Shown one piece after another: positions 15,847-23,788 of a stretch of DNA of 32,037 nucleotides (position 1 is its first letter; the number at the start of each line of letters is the position of its first letter). Below the pieces are notes generated by a model. It worked only from the letters and a program-made list of their open reading frames with translations, ran no database searches and had not been told where the DNA came from. The DNA is from Chloroflexota bacterium (GTDB taxonomy: Bacteria; Chloroflexota; Limnocylindria; QHBO01). Both the position numbers and the translations under genes were made by a program. Location: assembly GCA_005879775.1 (NCBI GenBank), contig VBJX01000023.1, positions 1 through 32,037 on the forward strand, written 5' to 3'.

Positions 15847-16817
15847 ACCGGCGTCCTGCCCCTCAGCTGCTCGGGGCAGGGCTGATCGTGCTGGCGGCCG
15901 CGAGCTTCGGGACCCTGGGACCCGTCTCTCGATACGCGGACCAGGCCGGCGTCTCGAGCCTGACCCTGGTCACCTGGCGAGCGGGGGTGGGGGCCATCTG
16001 CGTGCTCGCCTTCCTGGCCCTGCGGAGCATGGGCGGACACCGGTCGAGCAGGCCATGGAGCTCGCTTCCGGTCCGCGACCGGTGGCTGGTATGCGCCGCC
16101 GCGGTCACCAATGCCGCCCTCAACCTGGGGGTCTTCGTCGCATTCCTGCGGATTGGCATCGCGCTGACCCTGCTGATCTTCTACCTCTACCCGGCACTGG
16201 TGGCCGTGGCCAGCGTGGCATGGTTTGGTGAGCGGCTGGATCGCCGGCGCTGGACCGCGCTGGCGGTCTCGCTGATCGGCGTGCTGCTGGTCGTGGCCGG
16301 GGCCGGACCGCTGAACCAGCTCGACCTGGCGGGGATCGGGCTGGCCTTCATGGGCGCCCTGGCGCAGACGTTCTATGCGCTTGCCGCGCGCCACGGATTC
16401 GGCGCGATCCCCGGGCCGCAGGCCGCGTCGATCACGATGGGTGGCGCGGCGCTCGTCTACCTCGCCGTCGCCCTGGCGATCGGACGCCTTGCTGACGTGA
16501 TCCAGCCACTCGCCTCCTTCGCAGCCCTGTGGCCGGTGCTGCTGGCCGGGACGGTGGGTGCGGGCCTGGCGACCGTCTGCTTCATCACCGGCATCAGGCT
16601 GCTCGGCGCGCCGCGTGCGACGATCCTGGCAACTCTCGAGCCGGTGGTCGGCGTGGGGCTGGCCGCGCTGCTCTTCGGCGAGCCTCCGACCGCGCTACAG
16701 GTCCTCGGCGGGGCGCTCATCGTCTCGGCCGGCGTCCTGCTCCAGTTCCGACGATCCGAGGTCGTGGAGCATGAGGCGCTGCCCGAGCAAGACGCAGCGG
16801 TGGACCCGGCCGCCTAG
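15843..16817 (+). CDS. DMT superfamily (EamA-like) transporter
   Basis: ATG 15843 overlaps the ABC-F stop (ATGA). The protein has about ten hydrophobic helices in the two-repeat EamA pattern. Confidence 0.85.
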   Translation: MNRRPAPQLLGAGLIVLAAASFGTLGPVSRYADQAGVSSLTLVTWRAGVGAICVLAFLALRSMGGHRSSRPWSSLPVRDRWLVCAAAVTNAALNLGVFVAFLRIGIALTLLIFYLYPALVAVASVAWFGERLDRRRWTALAVSLIGVLLVVAGAGPLNQLDLAGIGLAFMGALAQTFYALAARHGFGAIPGPQAASITMGGAALVYLAVALAIGRLADVIQPLASFAALWPVLLAGTVGAGLATVCFITGIRLLGAPRATILATLEPVVGVGLAALLFGEPPTALQVLGGALIVSAGVLLQFRRSEVVEHEALPEQDAAVDPAA

Positions 16818-17935
16818 TTGGGCAGGATGCGGATCACCTTGTCATCGACGCCGTTTGAGGTCGTGAGGAAGAGCCGCTTCCGGAGGCCCAGGACGGACGC
16901 CCGCAACCGACCCCATCGGTTGTCATACAAGGTCTGCTGGTAGGTCGCGGTGGTGCCTGCGGGGTTGATGGTGTAGCGCCGCAGATCGGACTCCTTCAGC
17001 TGCGAGACGAAGAGCTGGCCGGCGAACCCGTGCCAGCGCGCCCCGGTCACGAACGTCCCGCCCGAGTTGGCAATGGTGGAACCGCCCGACGCCCACACCG
17101 GGTCAGTAAAGGTCGGGGATCCGGAACAGGTCATGAATGCCTGGCCGAAACCAGTGACGCAGGGCCATCCGTAGTTGAGGCCGGGACGAATCCAGTTGAT
17201 CTCGTCGTTCACATCGGGGCCGTGCTCGATCGCATAGACGCGACCCGTTCCCGGCTGGAAGGCGATCCCCTGCGGGTTGCGGTGGCCCATCGAGTAGACG
17301 TAGCTGCGCTGGCTCGTGCCAGGCATGATGGGGTTGTCGGCGGGCACGCCGCCATTGCGCGTGATCCGCAGGATCTTGCCGTTCAGGGCGGTCGGATCCT
17401 GGGCGGCCATGGCATCGCCGGCGTCACCCATCGAGAGCCAGATCCGATGATCGGGACCTTCTTCCACCGCACAGCCATCGTGGAACGTGTTGGCGTGCAT
17501 CCCGAGGCCGATCAGGGTGCGGTCGTGCTCCAGGTGCCAGTCGGTGGTGACCTTGTAGCGGATCAGCTGGTTCAGCCACTGGCCGTTGACCGTGCGCGAG
17601 ACGCAGATGTAGACGAGCCGGTTGGCGTTGAAGTCATGGTCGACCGCGATCCCCATGACGCCTGCCTCCCCATCTGACTGGACGTTGGGGAGAGTCGTGG
17701 TGGCGAGCAGGGTGGCGCCGATCCCGCCTCCGGCGTAGACGCGAACTCGCCCCGGGCGCTCGGTCACGAACATCTGGCTGGTCGGCGCGAAGGCGATGTC
17801 CCAGGGGTTCACGAGGCCAGACTGGACGACGTGGGCCGACAGGGTCGGGGCGGCCGCGAGGGCGCCCGATGGGAAGAGGGCGGAGACAAAGAGGAGCGCG
17901 GCGGAAATGGTGAAGGCGGGCAGGCGCCGAGTCAT
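16814..17935 (-). CDS. Secreted PQQ-dependent sugar (glucose/sorbosone) dehydrogenase-like beta-propeller
   Basis: Internal ATG 17935 has GGAGG 6 nt upstream. Signal peptide MTRRLPAFTISAALLFVSALFPSGALAAAP. Family motifs are present: SGLVNPWDIAFAP...FVTERPGRVRV and GHRNPQGIAFQPGTGRVYAIEHGPDVNDEIN...GLNYGWP. Confidence 0.85.
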   Translation of the reverse strand: MTRRLPAFTISAALLFVSALFPSGALAAAPTLSAHVVQSGLVNPWDIAFAPTSQMFVTERPGRVRVYAGGGIGATLLATTTLPNVQSDGEAGVMGIAVDHDFNANRLVYICVSRTVNGQWLNQLIRYKVTTDWHLEHDRTLIGLGMHANTFHDGCAVEEGPDHRIWLSMGDAGDAMAAQDPTALNGKILRITRNGGVPADNPIMPGTSQRSYVYSMGHRNPQGIAFQPGTGRVYAIEHGPDVNDEINWIRPGLNYGWPCVTGFGQAFMTCSGSPTFTDPVWASGGSTIANSGGTFVTGARWHGFAGQLFVSQLKESDLRRYTINPAGTTATYQQTLYDNRWGRLRASVLGLRKRLFLTTSNGVDDKVIRILPN

Positions 17936-18031
17936 CGAGAACCTCCTGTGCGAGGGCAGCTGTCGCTCCCGAAGTCTGCCACCACCGCCCCGGTGCGCGC
18001 AGGCACTCGCGAACTTGGTCAATTCATCTGG

Positions 18032-18937
18032 ATGACTGCGCGCTACCCTCGCCGGGTGCCGGCCGACAATCCGACTGCGGACTCAACGCTGCGGAACATC
18101 CGCGCGGCCCTGCTCGGCTGGTATGCGGCCGGGCACCGTGACTTTCCGTGGCGGCACACCGTCGACCCCTATGCGGTACTGGTCAGCGAGGTGATGCTGC
18201 AGCAGACGCAGGCGACTCGCGTTGCCCAGCGCTTTCCGGGATTCATGCGGCGCTTCCCGACGGCTGACGCGCTGGCCGCGGCAAGCGAAGGAGAGGTCCT
18301 GGCCGCCTGGTCCGGGCTGGGCTACAACCGGCGTGCCCTGGCCCTGCGCAGAACCGCGGCAATCGTGACCGCTGGAGGCTGGCCCGCCGGAGTCTCTGCC
18401 CTCGAGACGCTGCCCGGCATCGGACCGTACACCGCCCGAGCCCTGGCCAGCCTCGCCTTCGGTGAGCCAGAAGGGGTGGTCGACACCAACGTCCGCCGCT
18501 GGCTCGTGCGACGCTTTGGCGTGGAACCGGCCACCGCTGCGCGGGATCTCCAGGTCCTCGCCGACCAGCTGGCACGCACAGGTGACACGGCCGATGCCGC
18601 CAGCTGGACCCATGCCACGATGGAGTTCGGGGCTGCCGTCTGCACATCCCGGACACCACGCTGCGCTGACTGCCCGATCGCGGTGGGCTGCCCCTCCCGC
18701 GAGAAGGCCGGGCTCGTGCCGGTCCCTCGCCAGGCCCCCTTCCGGGGATCGGTCCGCGCTCGACGCGGGGCAGTCCTTCGCGCCCTGAGCCGGGCAGCGG
18801 GCCACAGCCTGGCAATGGCCTCGGCGCGTCGTCACTGCCCCGGCGGTGACGGCTGCGCCTCGGCGGCCGGGAGGGGGTGGCGGCTACAATCGGCCGGTGA
18901 GCACCGCCACGACCGGCCTGAGGGTGAAGATCACTGA
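18032..18937 (+). CDS. mutY: A/G-specific adenine DNA glycosylase (MutY-type HhH-GPD with a 4Fe-4S cluster loop)
   Basis: LLGWYAAGHRDFPWR...DPYAVLVSEVMLQQTQATRV...LPGIGPYTARALASLAFG...VDTNVRRWL...CTSRTPRCADCPIAVGC gives the C-x6-C-x2-C-x5-C pattern. ATG 18032 gives a 301-aa product. Confidence 0.85.
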   Translation: MTARYPRRVPADNPTADSTLRNIRAALLGWYAAGHRDFPWRHTVDPYAVLVSEVMLQQTQATRVAQRFPGFMRRFPTADALAAASEGEVLAAWSGLGYNRRALALRRTAAIVTAGGWPAGVSALETLPGIGPYTARALASLAFGEPEGVVDTNVRRWLVRRFGVEPATAARDLQVLADQLARTGDTADAASWTHATMEFGAAVCTSRTPRCADCPIAVGCPSREKAGLVPVPRQAPFRGSVRARRGAVLRALSRAAGHSLAMASARRHCPGGDGCASAAGRGWRLQSAGEHRHDRPEGEDH

Positions 18938-18941
18938 CCAG

Positions 18942-19394
18942 ATGCCATCGGTCGGCCAGCGGGCGACGGACGGCTACCTGCTCAACCTGCGCACCTTTGT
19001 GGGCAGGCAACCGGCGATCTTCCTCTTCTTCGGCGGCCCCTCGCTGAAAGGCGCCCCGCGCGAGCGCGGGGACGCGCTGGCCAACGCGCTGAAGGAGGCC
19101 TTCGCGCGCCTGGGCAAGCTCGGCGTGGCGGTCGTGGGAGTCACCACCGACAACGAGAAGCAGCAGGCCGACTACGTCGCCGAGCTGGGACTTCCCTATC
19201 TCCTCTTCTGCGACGAGCGCCGGATCGCCGTCGAGCTGCTCGGCATCCCGACCACCTCGGATCGCGGCAACGTCAATGCCGAGCCGACGGCGTTCGCGGT
19301 CGGCCTCGACGGCACGATCCTGGACATCGTCGAGCAGGCCGCACCCAAGGGTCTGGTCGCCCGTCTCCTCGAGGCGATCTTCCCGCCGGGTTAG
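18942..19394 (+). CDS. Thioredoxin-fold, peroxiredoxin (BCP/AhpC-TSA)-like protein lacking the peroxidatic cysteine
   Basis: ATG 18942 lies 5 nt after the mutY stop. GRQPAIFLFFGG...LGKLGVAVVGVTTDNEKQQADYVAELGLPYLLFCDE...AFAVGLDGTI follows the BCP layout, but the TPGCT position reads PSLKGAPRERGD. The start is uncertain; GTG 18897 is an alternative. Confidence 0.65.
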   Translation: MPSVGQRATDGYLLNLRTFVGRQPAIFLFFGGPSLKGAPRERGDALANALKEAFARLGKLGVAVVGVTTDNEKQQADYVAELGLPYLLFCDERRIAVELLGIPTTSDRGNVNAEPTAFAVGLDGTILDIVEQAAPKGLVARLLEAIFPPG

Positions 19395-19416
19395 CCGATC
19401 GCCCCCGGTGCCGCCC

Positions 19417-20901
19417 TCAGGCTGAGAGGCGCGCCAGGGCGAGCTCGATGCGCGCCAGCGTCCGCTCGCGCCCCAGCAGCTCCATCGAGCCGAAGAGCGG
19501 CGGCGAGACGGTGCGCCCGGTGACCGCCACCCGGATCGGTCGGAAGAAGTCGCCGGCCTTCCAGCCATGGGCATCCGCCGCCGCGCGGCACAGCGATTCG
19601 AGCTCCTCGGAGGCGAAATCGGGCTCGGTCACCCCGGCCAGCGTGTCGCGCGCGATGCTCAGCGCCGGTGCGGTCTCCGCCGCGCTCCGGCCCTTGGGCA
19701 CCAGGAGGTCGGCCTCGTACATCGCGCCGACCTGCGCATCGGACTCGGTCAGGAAGGCGGCCAGCTCGGTGGCATCGGCCAGGCGCACGAGGCGCTCCTT
19801 GAGGAGCGGCGCCAGCCGCAGCAGCGACCGGTCGTCGAGGATTGCCGGCAGGTAGGGGCGCAGGCGCAGCGCCAGCTGCGCATCGGTCAGGGCCCGGATG
19901 TAGACCCCGTTGAGGTAGTCGAGGCGATCCTTGTCGAAGACTGCCCCGGCCTTGTGCACGTCGCCGATCTCGAAGCGCTCGGCCAGCTCGCCAATGGAGA
20001 AGATCTCCTCCTCGGTCCCCGGCGACCAGCCGAGGAAGGCGAGGAAGTTGACCATCGCCTCTGGCAGGTAGCCCTGCTCGCGATAGGCGGTGATCGCGGT
20101 CTGCTCCTTGCGCTTGCTCATCTTCGAGCGGTCCGGGTTGAGGATCAGCGGGATATGTCCGAAGCGCGGCTCCCGGTAGCCGAGCGCGCGCAGCAGGGCG
20201 ATGTGCTTGGGCGTATTCGACAGGTGGTCCTCGCCGCGCACGACGTGGGTGATCGCCATCGCCTGGTCGTCGACCACCACCACGAAGTGGTAGAGCGGCA
20301 TCCCGTCGCCACGCACGACCACGAAGTCGCCGAGCAGGGAGTTGTCGAACTCGACCTCGCCGCGGATCAGGTCGTCGAAGCGGATCGTCTCGGCCGGGAC
20401 GCGGAAGCGGATCGCCACCTTGCGGCCTTCCGCGGCGAAGCTGGCGCGGTCCGCATCGGTCAGGCGCAGGCAGCGCCCGTTGTAGCGCGGCGGCTCGTGG
20501 TTGCGCTCCTGCTCGCGGCGCACCGCCTCGAGCTCCTCGTGCGTGCACCAGCAGTGGTAGGCGTGACCCGATTCCAGCAGGCGCGCCGCCTCGCCCGCAT
20601 ACAGCTCCATGCGCTGGCTCTGCCGATAAGGAGCATGTGGCCCGATATCCTCGCCTCCCGCGACCTGTGGCCCCTCGTCCCAGCTGATTCCCAGCCAGTG
20701 CAGGTTGTCGATGATGTCGCGCTCCCATTCGGGAGTCCCACGGGCAACGTCGGTGTCCTCCACGCGCAGGACATAGGTGCCGCCCACGTGCCTCGCAAAC
20801 AGGTAGTTGTAGAGGCTGGTGCGTGCCGTCCCGATGTGCAGAGGACCGGTTGGGCTGGGGGCCATCCGAACGCGGACGCGGGCCGTCTCAGGGGTGCTCA
20901 T
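19417..20901 (-). CDS. gltX: Glutamate--tRNA ligase
   Basis: RMAPSPTGPLHIGTARTSLYNYLFA contains the HIGH motif and KMSKRK is the KMSKS motif. 494 aa. Confidence 0.95.
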   Translation of the reverse strand: MSTPETARVRVRMAPSPTGPLHIGTARTSLYNYLFARHVGGTYVLRVEDTDVARGTPEWERDIIDNLHWLGISWDEGPQVAGGEDIGPHAPYRQSQRMELYAGEAARLLESGHAYHCWCTHEELEAVRREQERNHEPPRYNGRCLRLTDADRASFAAEGRKVAIRFRVPAETIRFDDLIRGEVEFDNSLLGDFVVVRGDGMPLYHFVVVVDDQAMAITHVVRGEDHLSNTPKHIALLRALGYREPRFGHIPLILNPDRSKMSKRKEQTAITAYREQGYLPEAMVNFLAFLGWSPGTEEEIFSIGELAERFEIGDVHKAGAVFDKDRLDYLNGVYIRALTDAQLALRLRPYLPAILDDRSLLRLAPLLKERLVRLADATELAAFLTESDAQVGAMYEADLLVPKGRSAAETAPALSIARDTLAGVTEPDFASEELESLCRAAADAHGWKAGDFFRPIRVAVTGRTVSPPLFGSMELLGRERTLARIELALARLSA

Positions 20902-21518
20902 CGGCCGCCCGATGGTAGCAGCAGCCTCTCCACGACCGGCCGGATCGCGTCGACCCAGCGCGCGTACTGCGCGCCGCTGGGATGCAGTCCGTCGTCCGCG
21001 AGCATCGAGCGCTCGGCAGCTGCGTCCCGCGAGATGGCGAAGATCTCCGACACGAATGCGATGCCCTTGTCTGCGGTGGTGGCACCCAGGATCTCGTTGA
21101 AACGGGCGATTGCCGAGCTCTGCCGCGACCGATCGCCGAACCAGGCACCTGCCGGCGTGACCGTGTAATCGGGTGAGGCCACAGCGAGGATTCTCTCGGG
21201 TGGTACTCGCACGAGAAGATCACCCAGGATCCGAACGGCACTTGCGCGGTACTCGGCCTCGGATGCCCCGCGGACGACGTCATTGCCCCCGATCTGGAGC
21301 GTCACGAAGTCCGGTCGGAGGTCACCCATGGCAGGCAGCTCGAAGCGCACGAGGTCGTCGCTCGCATACCCGTTGACCCCGAGGTTGGCGATCAGCTCGA
21401 GCTGCGACACCTGGGCGACAAGCTGGCTCGGCCAGCTGTCAGGGGGGCGGACGGACGTGCCGATCGTGTACGAGTCCCCGAGCGCGACGTAGCGCAACGC
21501 CGCAGCTCGGTCCGTCAC
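20898..21518 (-). CDS. SGNH/GDSL hydrolase family protein
   Basis: Block I YVALGDSYTIG, block III IGGNDV and block V DGLHPS are present. The GTG start overlaps the upstream stop (GTGA), and the stop overlaps the gltX start. Confidence 0.85.
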   Translation of the reverse strand: MTDRAAALRYVALGDSYTIGTSVRPPDSWPSQLVAQVSQLELIANLGVNGYASDDLVRFELPAMGDLRPDFVTLQIGGNDVVRGASEAEYRASAVRILGDLLVRVPPERILAVASPDYTVTPAGAWFGDRSRQSSAIARFNEILGATTADKGIAFVSEIFAISRDAAAERSMLADDGLHPSGAQYARWVDAIRPVVERLLLPSGGR

Positions 21519-21889
21519 CGGGCGAGCGTCGGGTTGCCCTTGGCGGTGTTCAGCTTGACGGCCTGGCGGACGAGGTTCCGAATCGCTTCGTCCGGGATCG
21601 TGTCGACGGACGTGACCTTCACGTGTCGCATCCGATCACCATCGCCCTCGAGGACGCCATCGGGGTCGTCAAGCTCGGCGCCCCGCCAGAAGCCGAGATT
21701 GACGTGGTTCTTCTCGGCCTTCATCCAGATCATCGGTCCATTCCATTCCCAGACCGGCTGGCTCCACTTGATCGAGACCGCCGAGTGGGGTGCTGCCTCG
21801 CCAACCAGCTCACGGAGCCGCTTCATGGCATCGGTGCGCCAGTCGTCGAAGGCGGCCATGTATTCGTCAGCCGTCCGCTGCAGGGTCAT
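21515..21889 (-). CDS. DUF1801 (YdhG-like) domain protein
   Basis: 124 aa. SIKWSQPVWEWNGPMIWMKAEKNHVNLGFWRGAEL is typical of DUF1801. GGAGG lies 12 nt upstream of ATG 21889. Confidence 0.8.
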   Translation of the reverse strand: MTLQRTADEYMAAFDDWRTDAMKRLRELVGEAAPHSAVSIKWSQPVWEWNGPMIWMKAEKNHVNLGFWRGAELDDPDGVLEGDGDRMRHVKVTSVDTIPDEAIRNLVRQAVKLNTAKGNPTLAR

Positions 21890-21916
21890 CTCTCAACCTG
21901 GCCTCCGCCTGCGTGC

Positions 21917-21937
21917 GAACACACTCTACCGGTGTTC
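21917..21937 (-). promoter_or_regulatory. Inverted repeat GAACAC-N9-GTGTTC enclosing a -10-like TAGAGT upstream of the DUF1801-SGNH-gltX genes
   Basis: The minus strand reads GAACACCGGTAGAGTGTGTTC. TAGAGT (complement of 21923-21928) is followed by a leader carrying GGAGG before ATG 21889. Confidence 0.35.
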
Positions 21938-21959
21938 ACGCTGGCGGTCGACGGGCGCC

Positions 21960-23000
21960 TCAGGCGAGCTTGATCGCCGGACGGACGACGCCGACGCTGA
22001 CCCCGCGCGGATCGACGATCGGCGGCGCTGCGTAGGCCGACAGCCCCTCGAGAGCCGCGGCATCCAGGATGCCGAGCTGGCGCAGGCTTTCGCACGCGCT
22101 CACGTCGCGCGCGCGATGTGCGCCGTCGCCGTCCTCGATCTTGATCGCCACGCCAGCGGTACCGTGATGGCGCCCGCGCGAAACGGCGAGGAGGCCCAGC
22201 GCCTGCACGCCCTCGGCACCCGCTTTCGAGACGAGCCTCCCCGGCGCGGCTCGCATCAGGGCGGTGTCGAGGCGGCGTCGCTCGCCGGCGACCAGCTCGG
22301 GGTGCGCCATCATCGCGTCGCGAATCCGGGCCAGCGAGGTGCGCAGCGCGGCGTCGGCAACTCCCATGGGATCGGCGAGGCGTGCATAGGCGAGTGCCAG
22401 GCTTCGAAGTGGCATTCCGAAGGTGACCACGCCGCAGCCATCGGTCGCTGTCACGATTGCCGACGCGTCAACGCCGCCGAGCGTGGCAACCGTCTCGAGG
22501 GCAAGCACCTGGATCGGGTGATCGGGCTGCCAGTAGGTCTCGACCGGCCAGCCGGCCGCCTTGGCGTGGAGGGCCATGGCCGCGTGCTTGCCCGAACAAT
22601 TGTGGCGCAGAGGGGTGAGCGGCTCGCCATCGCGGATCAGGCGCTGTGCCGTCTCGGTGTCATAGGGGGGATGCATGCCGCAGGCAAGCACGTCGCGGGT
22701 GAGCCCCCCGGCGCGCAGCACGGCCTGGACCGTCCGCACGTGGCGATCCTCGCCGGAGTGCGAGGCGGCCATCACCGCCAGCGCCTCGACCGGTGCGGGG
22801 AAGTCGTACGCGTCGAAGCGCCCGGAGGCGACGAACGGGGCGAGCTGGAACGGCTTGGCGGAAGAGCGGATGAACGCGAACTCGTCGGGGTCGCCGTAGG
22901 AGGCGATCAGCTCGCCGGATGGGGCAACCACCGCGATCGAGCCACGGTGGCGCGACTCGACACGTTCCCCTCGGGTGACCTCGACGATCAGGCGGGCCAC
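21960..23000 (-). CDS. Asparaginase II family protein
   Basis: LIVEVTRGERVESRHRGSIAVV...IRSSAKPFQLAPFV...AASHSGEDRHV...LRHNCSGKHAAM matches the thermolabile L-asparaginase II family. I prefer GTG 23000 because family members start just before the VEVxRG block. GTG 23093 would overlap the bactofilin gene by 71 nt. Confidence 0.8.
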   Translation of the reverse strand: MARLIVEVTRGERVESRHRGSIAVVAPSGELIASYGDPDEFAFIRSSAKPFQLAPFVASGRFDAYDFPAPVEALAVMAASHSGEDRHVRTVQAVLRAGGLTRDVLACGMHPPYDTETAQRLIRDGEPLTPLRHNCSGKHAAMALHAKAAGWPVETYWQPDHPIQVLALETVATLGGVDASAIVTATDGCGVVTFGMPLRSLALAYARLADPMGVADAALRTSLARIRDAMMAHPELVAGERRRLDTALMRAAPGRLVSKAGAEGVQALGLLAVSRGRHHGTAGVAIKIEDGDGAHRARDVSACESLRQLGILDAAALEGLSAYAAPPIVDPRGVSVGVVRPAIKLA

Positions 23001-23022
23001 GCCGACGCGTGACCTGGGCGGA

Positions 23023-23652
23023 TCAGGAGCCGCCGGCGGAGCCGGACGCGGGCTGACGGTCGGCGGCGGGCGCGGCCTCGCGCTCCTTGCCACCGAAGAT
23101 GCTCCCCTGGCCGGACTGCGCCGACTGCGATCCCTTGCCCGGGGCAGGGGTGGCAGGCTCGGCGGCCGGTGTCGCCGGAGCAGCGGAAGTTGCGCGACCC
23201 TCGGGGGTCATGATCACCCCGCCCTCGAAGTGGGCGCCCTCACGCACCACGAGGACCTGGGCCTTGACGCTCCCCTTGACGCGTCCGGTGGAGCCGATCT
23301 CGAAGCGGCCACCACAGTTCACGTCGCCCTCATAGTCGCCATTGATGATCACGTTGGCGGCGGTGATGGCGCTGCGCACCTTGGCCTGCGGACTGATGAT
23401 CAGCGTCCCGGAGCACTCGATCTCGCCGTTCGCCTCGCCCTCGATCCGCAGGTCGCGATCGCTGACGTACTTGCCATTGAACCGGGCGTGCGGATCGATC
23501 ACGCTCTCGTTGCCAGGATCGCCGTGGCGATAGTCCATCGAGTTCTGGGCCATCTCGACCTCATTGGGAAAGCTGTCCGGATATAGGCTGCCGACGACGT
23601 CCTCACGCAGCTCGGAGTCTGGCTTGCTGTCTCGCTTCGTACCGAAGACCAC
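23023..23652 (-). CDS. Bactofilin (polymer-forming cytoskeletal protein) with a low-complexity Ala/Pro/Gly tail
   Basis: Beta-helical repeat pattern LRIEGEANGEIECSGTLIISPQAKVRSAITAANVIINGDYEGDVNCGGRFEIGSTGRVKGSVKAQVLVVREGAHFEGGV. GTG 23652 has AGGAAGGAG 7 nt upstream and gives the N-terminus MVFGTKRD. The alternative ATG 23553 has only GAGG. Confidence 0.8.
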   Translation of the reverse strand: MVFGTKRDSKPDSELREDVVGSLYPDSFPNEVEMAQNSMDYRHGDPGNESVIDPHARFNGKYVSDRDLRIEGEANGEIECSGTLIISPQAKVRSAITAANVIINGDYEGDVNCGGRFEIGSTGRVKGSVKAQVLVVREGAHFEGGVIMTPEGRATSAAPATPAAEPATPAPGKGSQSAQSGQGSIFGGKEREAAPAADRQPASGSAGGS

Positions 23653-23788
23653 TGCTGGGCTCCTTCCTCTGCGTCGCGGGGCAGAAACGCCGGCACATGC
23701 GCGACGAATCGGTGCAGGGACGGATAGCCTAGCAGCACAGCACAATTCGAGGTAGTGGGCACCAGGGGCCGCGTAGAATCGGTCGCCG

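Noticed and set aside
18243-19574. 443-aa minus-strand ORF, and ORF 18083..18835 (-)
   Set aside because: They are antisense to mutY and the peroxiredoxin-like gene, with low-complexity composition.
19567-21168. 533-aa plus-strand ORF, and the 445-aa ORF 19391..20728 (-)
   Set aside because: They are antisense or out of frame relative to gltX (HIGH and KMSKS motifs present) and the SGNH hydrolase. I saw no family features.
21534-23012. 492-aa plus-strand ORF
   Set aside because: It is antisense to the DUF1801 and asparaginase II genes, both of which carry family motifs. Its composition is shadow-ORF-like.
23001-23093. Longer N-terminus for the asparaginase II gene (GTG 23093)
   Set aside because: The extra 31 residues are Pro/Arg/Ala low-complexity and would overlap the bactofilin C-terminus by 71 nt. 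Family members begin just before the VEVxRG block. The shorter form was kept, but its start lacks a clear SD, so it remains uncertain.
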